Positions 48,901-57,330 of a stretch of DNA of 64,000 bases are shown here, in pieces. Source of the stretch: Amphiscolops sp. MND2022 (taxonomy: Eukaryota); contig OZ076409.1 of NCBI GenBank assembly GCA_964187785.1, positions 42,906,001 to 42,970,000 of the forward strand, in the 5' to 3' direction. Position numbers and translations under genes: made by a program. Position 1 is the first letter of the stretch, and the number at the start of each line of letters is the position of its first letter. Under the pieces are notes generated by a model. The model was given only the letters and a program-made list of their open reading frames with translations, made no database searches and was not told the DNA's origin.

Positions 48901-51346
48901 GTCTCGTTCATTTCTTCAATCGACTGATTCGCAAATTACAATCAATGTACTTTTCAAAATTTTTGGCTAATAACTCAAATTTTACGAGTAAAATGCATCA
49001 AATAAGTTCAATTGAATTAGACTAAAAATCACTTTTGAACATATTTTTTTGATGAATTCGAAAGATGAAATTTGAGGTGAAAATTAGAAATCGATTTTAA
49101 CCATTTTTGGAATTGAATTCATGGTTTTTTCCTAACTACCTCCACGGAAAATTCCATCGGCACACATTTTCAAATGACAATTCTGACTATATTGAATCAA
49201 CTAACTATTTTAATGTGAACAGGATTTTGAACTAATGTGAATTGTTTTTTTGCCATCGAAACCGATAATGAGTGGTAAGACCAAAAAATGCATGTAGGTT
49301 TCTTCAACGAATACCGTAGAAAGTTTGGAAAGTTTTTTGGAAGATTTTTAGTTTTTTGTTCATTCCGATTTTGACCGTCTTTTAATGGTTCTTGCGGAAG
49401 GTATTTAACTAGTCATAAGTTAAAACACAATCAATAACGTTATAGCTGAAACTTATTTTGGAATTTTTCGGAAAACATATCGGAGATCCTATTCAGCCAT
49501 TTCTCTGATAGGTATTTTTATTTCAGATCTGAACCGATACAGGATTTAACTCCTATTCCCTCTTAGTTGACCCAGAAAAAATCAGTCGTCTCTAAATGTC
49601 ATCAAGTTGAAATTTTTGTAGTCATCAAATTTTCTTTGAGCACGAGTAGCTCTTAACAATAACCTAAAATAAGCGGGTCAAACTTCAAAAATTTCCCTGT
49701 AATGCGTAGATTTATAATGGGCTTAATGGAACGAGTTTGAGAACTTGTTTGTTGCTAACCTGCATTTTGGCAGTTGAAATCAAACCATTTTTTTTAGCAC
49801 AATTAGGTACTAACAATAACTTAAAATAAGCGGGTCAAGCCCAAGCAAGCCAGGAACGGCCCTAGTCGGCGCCCTGATTAAGGCTCAAAAAGCGCCAAGA
49901 ACCATTTTTAGAAAGAGTAGTTTTGTGCTATTGAAAATTTTTTGATGGAAACAACAAAAAAAGTAAAAAGGTACTATTTGATGAAATGAAAAAATTCGGA
50001 AAAAACGTTGCGCAATGCCGAAAACCCTCGAAGGGGCCTTTGATCCTGGGACTCTTTGCTACTGTCTAGCTTTGCAATATGGTTCTAGATACATTTTAGA
50101 CTTGCTCCACTACGATATGAAACCCTGACGAATTTGAGTAAATTGAACAAAAAAGTGGACACTTCGATTTGAGTCTGAAGGAAAAAACTAGTAATTGTTC
50201 TTTTTTCCTGCAACGCTAAATAACATGACCTGAAAATATTGAAAGTGGGCAGTAATGTGTAGATTTATAATGGAGAAAATTTAATGGAGGAAAACGGTGT
50301 TTGTTGCTAACCAGTTTCTTGACAGTTGAGGTAGCTGGCCAGATATACGTCCAGTTCTCTCACTGTGATACTGATGTGGTATGGGTTCACGCACAAAGAG
50401 GGCCACCTACACACAGGAGACTTGACCAGCCGCTCCCCGTCTGTCGACTCCAGCGGAATGGCCTTCATCATGTCAGGCATTGTCAAAACTAACTAATAAT
50501 ATCCATACAGCGCATTTTAATTATAATTGTCGCAATTGTAAAAATTGTAACTAAAAATTGTCGCAATTTCTGGGAAATTAGTATGATTAATGTTGTTTAG
50601 TAATATATTACTAAACAACATTAATCATACTAATTCCCCAAATATTGCGACAATTTTAACTTACAATTAGTCTTGTTGGACTAATTTTTGTTTCAAGGAT
50701 AAACTATTGTAACATTGAACTTAATTGGGGAAATGTTGTAACCATTGGGAGTTATATTTTTGAAAATGGTGACGTAAAGTATGAGAAGAATCAAACGTGC
50801 GTTTTCGGAAAACATAACGACTTGCATCATTCATTGGAATATTCGGAGGTTTAAAGAATCAGTCGTTGAAATCAACTGTTTAAAGTTAAAAATTTATGTT
50901 TCAAAAATGATTAAAACACCTAGCGATAGCTAGAATAATAAACGAAGATTACCAGAGTTGACAATATTCTTGTTATCCTCAAAAACTTCACTGTCCAAAC
51001 ACAATTTTCTCATAAGACGCCGCAGTTTTTTTATTACAGACTTGGGTTGAATGACAACTTTTTAAACAAGAGTTGTTTGTTTTTTTTTGTCAATGCCTGC
51101 CTTGAACAAGATGACCATGACAAGATCCAATCTCCACACTTTGTCCGCCTGTCTCAGGCAGTCGATTCTCCTCATTTTGCCCTTCTGATCGGCGTTACTG
51201 AGCACACACGGTGTGTTCATCTTCTTCATCTGAATAGCCTGAACAAATTCTTCTCTATATTCCGGCCGGATATCTTTGCGAAGTTTGGCGAGAAGTCTAG
51301 AGGCCCATTTTGTCTTCATCTCTTCTTTTTCTGATTGAATTTCGTT
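18802..51346 (-). CDS. NFI: Nuclear factor I (NFI/CTF) transcription factor, nine coding exons; N-terminal exon not found in window
   Basis: Exons (minus) 51346-51101, 50462-50312, 38670-38560, 34479-34150, 25279-25121, 23177-23013, 22739-22350, 19532-19230, 18926-18802 join in frame. DNA-binding domain [20 protein letters not shown]...[46 protein letters not shown]...[19 protein letters not shown] is unmistakable; [13 protein letters not shown] resembles NFI FVTSGVFSVTEL. The later low-complexity exons are inferred from splice sites and phase. Confidence 0.9.
19230..19532 (-). CDS. NFI: Probable NFI exon
   Basis: ctattag| [18 protein letters not shown]...HGNTSQ g|gttact, phase 1-1. Confidence 0.7.
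21060..21800. repeat. Probable non-autonomous interspersed repeat with TGACCTTG and ATGCCAA(G/A)TTT motifs
   Basis: Repeated TGACCTTG/CAAGGTCA and three degenerate (T)GCCAAGTT/GCAAGTTT/GCCAAATTT units; no credible ORF; ends not defined. Confidence 0.35.
22350..22739 (-). CDS. NFI: Probable NFI exon
   Basis: tgcag| [17 protein letters not shown]...STMNAHH t|gtaaga, phase 1-1. Confidence 0.7.
23013..23177 (-). CDS. NFI: Probable NFI exon
   Basis: tttcag| [21 protein letters not shown]...KLEPYT g|gtacag, phase 1-1. Confidence 0.72.
23337..23799 (-). mobile_element. HINE/DINE-like family copy
   Basis: Same termini and internal unit as 15805-16687. Confidence 0.7.
24617..24940 (+). pseudogene. 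Non-LTR retrotransposon (LINE) ORF2 C-terminal fragment
   Basis: [27 protein letters not shown] resembles the post-RT region of CR1/L2/Jockey-type ORF2; frameshifted. Confidence 0.55.
25121..25279 (-). CDS. NFI: Probable NFI exon
   Basis: ttgcag| [19 protein letters not shown]...FFEPNEA g|gttaat, open, phase 1-1, GC-richer than flanks. Confidence 0.7.
26350..28285. mobile_element. Element bounded by inverted arrays of AAAAAACGTAGC motifs with a 1.6 kb non-coding core
   Basis: 26432-26474 and 28216-28258 form a 43-bp imperfect inverted repeat (7 mismatches); more motif copies at 26363-26416. Exact ends and TSD not identified. Confidence 0.55.
26590..28196. ncRNA. Candidate large structured non-coding RNA (unclassified)
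   Basis: ORF-poor, GC-elevated, almost free of the A/T homopolymer runs of the flanks, many local hairpins (see findings). No rRNA or group I/II intron signature recognised. Confidence 0.3.
28290..29891 (-). pseudogene. hAT-superfamily transposase, frameshifted
   Basis: Consecutive ORFs with hAT motifs: AVSFDETFD (catalytic D), CLSHILNLV (CxxH), PNVTRW, and the dimerisation motif FW...[13 protein letters not shown]. Confidence 0.88.
30808..30920. repeat. Short tandem array (TGTGGCGAACTTA-like), probable DNA-transposon subterminal repeats
   Basis: About six degenerate GTGGYGAACTT units ending at ...ACAAGGGCACCG. Confidence 0.45.
31090..31620 (+). pseudogene. Old Gypsy reverse transcriptase fragment
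   Basis: [54 protein letters not shown] follows the Gypsy RT D-x-R-x-L-N ... DL..AY.Q pattern. Confidence 0.65.
33264..33875 (+). mobile_element. HINE/DINE-like family copy (opposite orientation)
   Basis: TTTTTAGTCGGCGC start, GGCGCCGAGTTGAGACGTTTCCGTCTTGTT end. Confidence 0.65.
34150..34479 (-). CDS. NFI: NFI exon (contains basic NLS-like PPPLKRAKR)
   Basis: ttttcag| APISSCVSS...[10 protein letters not shown]...GFET g|gttaca, phase 1-1. Confidence 0.78.
38560..38670 (-). CDS. NFI: NFI exon
   Basis: tttcag| [37 protein letters not shown] g|gttaga, phase 1-1. Confidence 0.85.
39729..40285 (-). mobile_element. HINE/DINE-like family copy
   Basis: AACAAG...AAGTCGGCGCC start and GAAGCGCCGACTAAAAA end on +. 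Confidence 0.7.
40855..41712. mobile_element. Probable MITE with CTGGAATCATA/GGTCAGGCTG subterminal repeats
   Basis: CCCGGGTTT start and AAAGCCGGG end; related partial copy at ~38230-38430. Confidence 0.4.
43059..44520 (+). mobile_element. Internally deleted Gypsy LTR retrotransposon
   Basis: TSD TCTGA (43054-43058, 44521-44525); 5' LTR 43059-43298 (TG...CA); PBS-like TGGCGCAGTAGC at 43299; 3' LTR remnant 44445-44520. Confidence 0.9.
43358..44454 (+). pseudogene. gag (CCHC knuckle) plus truncated aspartic protease
   Basis: Two overlapping ORFs; [14 protein letters not shown] zinc knuckle; IDTGS protease motif, then fusion into the LTR remnant. Confidence 0.88.
50312..50462 (-). CDS. NFI: NFI DNA-binding domain exon 2
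   Basis: [50 protein letters not shown], donor g|gttagc; missed by the ORF track. Confidence 0.95.
50543..50668. repeat. Long palindrome (perfect 60-bp core 50576-50635)
   Basis: AATTAGTATGATTAATGTTGTTTAGTAATA|TATTACTAAACAACATTAATCATACTAATT with imperfect extensions. Confidence 0.95.
51101..51346 (-). CDS. NFI: NFI DNA-binding domain exon (phase 0-0, 82 codons)
   Basis: [35 protein letters not shown]...[15 protein letters not shown]; acceptor ttcaag|, donor aag|gcaggc (GC). Confidence 0.95.
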
Positions 51347-52296
51347 CTTGAAATGAAAAATACATTATTCTACATAGTCTGCTAAGTATATTTTCTGACA
51401 ATACCACGGAAAAATTTGAAATAAAGAACCTTTCAAGTGGACGTTGGTATCTGTAATGGCAAAATGTAGAGTAATGGTGATTCGGATTCATTTTCAGGTA
51501 AACTTCTCAAATCTATGAGGCTTTTTCTCGATTCCAATGCTATGCGGCAATTACACTTTGGGACGACAAGCGCCGTGGGTTTACCTTACGAACAGTGAAC
51601 AAAACCTAAGGGATAGGGTTTGAACGCCCGCAACTGGCCTTGTCCACCATAGATAACAGTTTCGTCAAAAATTCCACTTCCTTTTGCCCGCATCCTTTTG
51701 ATACCTTCCAATCGGTCTTATTTTATTGCTTTTTATTTAAGGCACCAGTCTTTTATTGCAAGAGATAACGGGCATTTTGCCTTCCCAATCTAATGGGCGT
51801 CTAATGCTTATATGGCCTGTAGAACTGTAGCAAGTAGAAAGGCTGAGAACTAGTCCAAAACGTCATGGTGATGCAAAAATCATTCAATTGTAGATCAAGA
51901 GCTGTTTACGTGACAAGATCCTCCACTAACAAAGCGAAACACAATTCAAGTGAAATATAAAAGAAATTTTTGAAATGTGCCCGAGAACAATGATTGATTG
52001 CGAAGACTTTCAGCAACCTCACACAAGCAAACATTAACCTAAGAGGTCACCCTTGAGACTTTAACAAGACGCCCGCTAGGTACCAGGATATTTTCCGCCT
52101 TGTAAAAAAATTTGGAGAGGGCGAGACTCGAACCCTGATATGATTGAAAACACTTTAGGCCCATAATGTTTTATTCAACAAAAACGAACCATTATCTAAA
52201 AAGGAAAAAAAAGAAAGCATGTATAGTTCAGACAATGGAAAAACCTTAAAACCATTTAAGAGACCACTATACCACAATCTCCCCTGCTGGAAAGAG

Positions 52297-54735
52297 TTAG
52301 AGATCAAGTTTCTGAGGAGGCCTTCTCATTCTCTGAGATCTCCTCAAACAGCTTTCTTCTTTGCTTTGATTGTCAGAAACTGGGACAATTTCTTCCTGGG
52401 ATTCTGCTGGAGGATCCACTGTACATACATCAGGGATTTCATCCACACAATCGTGGTTTTGACTATTAAAATATATCCTGTCCTCGCTCATCTTAGAAGT
52501 TGAAACGTCTCCAACAAAGTTCTTCGAAGGAGACGAGTATGGTGCCAAATCCCTCAAAGAAACACTACTATCTCTCCCGTCGGGATATCGAATGCGAGCA
52601 CATTGGGAGTTCGCTTCCAATAAATTAACCTTTGTAACTAAGGGATCATCTTTTGAATTCCGAATGAATCGCCAAAGAAAAACAAGTCCAGGTAGGAGAA
52701 GCCATGAGGGGAAGGAACTTCCGAACGCCGACTTTCGCTTATGAAGAAAAATCCTCTCATAAGGGGTTTCGTTTGTGGCCGTTGAAAGTAAAGAACGAAT
52801 AGAGTGAAGCGCATCGGGTAACACCAAGTTTCCATTGATTTAGAGCTATTTCTCTTGATTTGAGAGCAAGCCTAACCGCAATCCAAATTAACCCGATGAA
52901 ACGCTCTTATTGCCTATTCCCTTCAGGATTGTATGGTGTAGTGCGACTCATTGAAATTCCTCGCTATGGTAAATACGTTCTCAATTGCAATGACATGAAA
53001 GAAGGACCTCTGTCACTATGAACATAGGACGGCATTCCAAACAAAGACAAAAGCTCATTAAAACAGTGAATAATTGTTTCACTAGTCATATCTTTACACA
53101 GAAAAGCAAAGGTGAACCTTGAGTATTCATCAACTACTGTCAATATGTAGCTATTATTAGATGCACATTTAGGAAGGAGACCCTTAAAGTCCACACAGAG
53201 ACGCTTGAACGGTTGTGTAGCTTTGATGAGAGTTCTATCTTCAGCCTCGAAGAACTGGCGTTTCAACTCAGAACAAACAGGACAAAAAGAACAAACTTTT
53301 TGAACTTCTTCCAAAGAAAATGGTAAACTTCGTGAACGAATAAAACGATACAGCCGGGTAACGCCAGGATGACACAACGATTCATGCAAAGACTGAGTAG
53401 TAGAAATAGAGGACACTGCGCAAGACACACGCGAAAAGGCATCAGCGACAGTATTTTTGTTGTCCGGTGGGTGTCAATGTCATAATTAAAAGCAAGAAGC
53501 TCCATCCTCCAACGTTTGATTTTATCATTTTTGAACTTGCTGTGTTTGGTTGCGTCAAACATAACTCACGGATCGTTGATCAGTGATAAGTGTGAAATGC
53601 CTAGTGGATAGCAAATGAGACCACTTCCTGACTGCCTCAATTATAGCTTGAGCTTCTTTTCGACTGCCGAATACTTCAACTCCGAAGCTGAAAGAGCTTT
53701 GGACATAAAAGCAACGAACCTCCCGTTTTGATTCAAGGAGGCAGAAAGAGCGACATCTGATGCATCAGTCTCAACAACAAAGGGAACATGATCTTCAATG
53801 GACTGTAAGGAAACTTTCGCGAGTTCAACTTCAAGAGATTGGAATACATCAAGGCTTTTTGTGATAAAGGAAAAGAAGTAGAACGTGAAAGAGGGTAAAT
53901 TTTATCCGTGAATTGGGGAAGCCATTGAGAATAGTTACCAAACAATTCGAGAAATCGCTTCAAATATTTTATTGTCGAAGGAGGTTTCAGATCACGTAAC
54001 GTCTGTAGTCTATCGGGACCGGGTCGAAGGCGACCTTGTGAATTTTCATAGCCTAAAAGTGTAACAGAATCTGTTCGTTGATTTGACTTGACATGATTGA
54101 AAGTTAAATTGTACTTTGCTGCAGCTTCCAACAATCGAGCTAGTTTGTCATCATGATCCTTTTCACAAAAACCTCCGACCGTTAAATTATCCAAGTTGGC
54201 TAAGGTTCCTTCAAATTTTTCTGTCCTATTGAGTTCATTCACTTTTCGCTGGAAGGCAGCAACCGCATTAGTAGGTCCAAAAGGAAGTCGCTTAAACTGG
54301 AAAAGCTTACCATATGCTTCGAAAGCCGTGAAAGGTTTGTCTTTATATGCAAAAGGAATCTGATCATAGGCACTCTTCAAATCCAATGTACTGACGACTG
54401 AAAAGTTAGAAAGTTCCAGAACCATGTCGTCAATTCTATGGACTGGGTAAGCATCTAGAATCGTGAATCTATTTATCGTTTGGGAATAGTCAATGACAAG
54501 GCGCTTTTTGTGTCTCTCATCTCTCGTAAGAACCACTTGCGCTCTCCATGGGGAATTACATTCTTCAATTATCCCTGTGGACAATAGTTTATTCACTTCT
54601 TCTTTGATGAAAGCCTTGCCATCCCATGAATATCGTCTAGATTTATCAGCTATGGGCTTCACATCTGGTGTGAGTATTGTAAGCAGATCAGCAGGCGAAA
54701 TGGATGCTTCTGCCAACGCACATTTCTGAGTTGGA
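52297..54735 (-). pseudogene. Gypsy RT, RNase H, integrase
   Basis: SPWRAQVV, RLVIDYS, LDLKSAYDQI, LPFG, NLDNL (YxDD position); LHESLCHPG...CPVC, VDFKG, VVDEYSRF, HSDRG. Confidence 0.92.
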
Positions 54736-54775
54736 TTGATTGCTCTTCGCTGCATGTCTGCAGTTCGATTGATTG

Positions 54776-56220
54776 CCCTTGTTGAAACTGCTTGAACTTT
54801 TTGCATGTACTTTAATGTTGCCAGCAACGTTTACTATGATTTTCTAAATTTCTTACGAAAACATTAATGCGGAAATATTTACCTGTTGTATTCGAATTTT
54901 ATCAAGCTCCTTGAAAGATTCTTCAAAGATTTGGCGGAAATTTTAAGCACTGAAGTTTTGCAGGTTTCATCAAGAAGCAGTTTTAATTTTAAAAGCAAAT
55001 AAATCGCTCTCATTTTAACAGCCATTTTAATGCAAAATAACTTCAGTCACGTGATAAACTGCAAATTAGCGTCATGTTTAGCGCCCTATTCGAGAAGCGG
55101 TGATCACATCAGATGAGTAGTTGAGAAAACAAAGTGTAATTACAAAGTGATCGTGTCGGTGGGTGATGAAGTGGTATTTTTTTTCAAATTTAACTGCAGT
55201 ACCCAGGTTTTCAATCTTTGAGAATCTGTAAAGATCTGCAGGATTTTTTCTGCAGGGTTCTGCAAAGATCGTTACACTGAATCTTGAAGATCCATACAGA
55301 TCTGCAAGATCTTTACAGAAGTGTGCAGATCTGCAAGATCTTTACAGAAGTGTGCAGATTTTTTTAAAGATTTCTGCAGAAATATGTTTTTCTGCAGCTT
55401 CTAAGGAACCAATATACTGATTTTTGGACTTCTTCAACTACTTCATCGAGTATTTTAGCTAACCTAGGGTCAGTCAGTTGAAACTCTCCATCACTCAAAA
55501 GTCTTGAGAAGGAAAATTTGTCCCCATCACGAAAAATTTTGTGACGGGAGAAAATGCAGTTTTGGTAAAACACGGTAATTTATCCATTTCACTCGAACTT
55601 TCCAGAAGTGATTGTTGAACTTTAAGAGGTTCGTTTGCCATATTGACTTCGTTTTGGCCGATAAAATTTGACATGTGGCAACCATCTGGGTTGGTCGATG
55701 TGTTGATGAAAAGTTGTTTTTGTCATATTTCCTTAACATAGTTTGTTGGAGTATTTTTAGTAATTGCTGTTAACTTGGAATACGTTATAGTAATTGTTTG
55801 GCTCTGTAAAGATCTGTAAAGATCTGCAAAACTCTACAGATCTGTACAGATTGCTGCAGAAAAATATTTCATCATTTTGCCATAAATGAGACTTCTCTCC
55901 AGTTTTAAACACTTTTAATATTCGTTTGACATCTCTGTGGGGTTTTTATTGTATTTTTACGTACGTCAGTTTTTTTTCGAATCTGCACATATCTGCAAAG
56001 ATCTGCAAAAATTCTGCAGATCTGCACATATCTGCAAAGATCTGCAAAAATCCTGCAGATCTGCACGGATTCGCAAAGATCGAAAACCTGGGTATAGAAA
56101 ATGCAGTTATTCTACAAAATTTACTCTCTAAATTACCACTGAATTTTCTAGGTTTTATAAACAATTACCCTGCATGCAGGCCTGCAGCATGTAAAAAGTT
56201 CCTTGGAGTTTCAACTAGGG
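54776..56220. mobile_element. TIR element (MITE-like) inserted between protease and RT
   Basis: TIRs CCCTTGTTGAAACT / AGTTTCAACTAGGG; related sequence at ~34900-35230. Confidence 0.75.
55202..56092. mobile_element. Nested MITE with TA target duplication and AGATCTGC repeats
   Basis: ~45-bp imperfect TIRs CCCAGGTTTTC... / ...GAAAACCTGGG, TA on both sides. Confidence 0.85.
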
Positions 56221-57330
56221 TGTGATTGCATCTTTAGCACCTTCAAACTTGAAAGTAACTTGTTTCTGTAGGTTCATAAAGTCTAACCCCAAAGGAATAT
56301 CGCAACACAGTGATTTGAGAACAATGACGTGAAAATTCTTGTACACGTTTCCAAAGGCTTTATTTGAAACAATGGATTGCCCCAGAACAACTCTCGAGCA
56401 ATCTGTAGATGCCATCTGTACTTTCCGCTCTATCAAATCAACGGGAATAGAATGCTCTTTACCAAAATCCAAAACTTAGAAAACTCATCGAGTTGCCGGA
56501 ATCCAACAAAGCATTAACGGAAATTCTTTCAATAGAAATGACTGTGGTTGACTGAGCTAATCTGGTATGGGGAGGAACCGCGGCAAGGTGGAATACTGCG
56601 GCTGAAACATTTTCCTTGCTTTTGCTGACGTCCCTAGACTTACACGCTTTGGCGAAATGGCCCTTTTGGCCACAGGAATTGCATACAGAATTCAACGCTG
56701 GACAGTTTTTCCTTGTCGAATGCGTTGCGCCACCACAAAACCAGCAGGACTTCTTCACAGAGGAAACTGCAGCGATAGTAGTCTCCAGTTCAATAGTCGC
56801 AGCGGCAGATACATCATAACTTGGTTTGGTGTAATATTCCAAATTCTGTAAAGCAACATCTTCAGCACGAGCCTGAGAAACAGCATTCTCTAGCGTAAGT
56901 GACGAATTTTCCAATAGCCTGAGGACGAAAGACCGTTTATTAAAGCATCTCGAACCGATTTTTCTCGGTAAACTTCAGCAGTACCGCTTTGAAACTTGCT
57001 ATAGCGACTAAGTTCCTTGAGGCTATGAATGAATTGAACCACCGATTCTCTGGGCTTTCGTTTCCGTGTAGCCAGAAGATGACGAGCAAATATAATGTTC
57101 TTTTCTTTGATGAAGATTGCCTCCAGAGCTTTTATAGCGTCGTCGTAATTCACTTTATCAGAAACAGCAGGTGCTAGAAAGTTGGTTAGAACAATAAGTT
57201 TGTTTGTATTTTGAGTAGGCAAAACATCGAGAAAGTTTTTGAACGTTTGGTGCCAGTGTTTCGATTCCTTTGAAGCGTTCGGGGAATCTGGACTGCAATC
57301 AAATCGTTCGGGACGTGAAATTTTGTCCAT
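56215..57330 (-). pseudogene. Gypsy gag (CCHC) and protease
   Basis: CNSCGQKGHFAKAC knuckle, LLDSG and LGLDF protease motifs; frameshifted. Confidence 0.88.

Noticed and set aside
52118..52135. tRNA B-box-like GGGTTCGAGTC (minus strand) at the Gypsy insertion site
   Set aside because: No cloverleaf or A-box; similar motifs occur inside local repeats, so no tRNA called.
54736..54827. N-terminus of the 364-aa ORF 53733-54827
   Set aside because: Derives from the inserted TIR element and its junction, not from pol.
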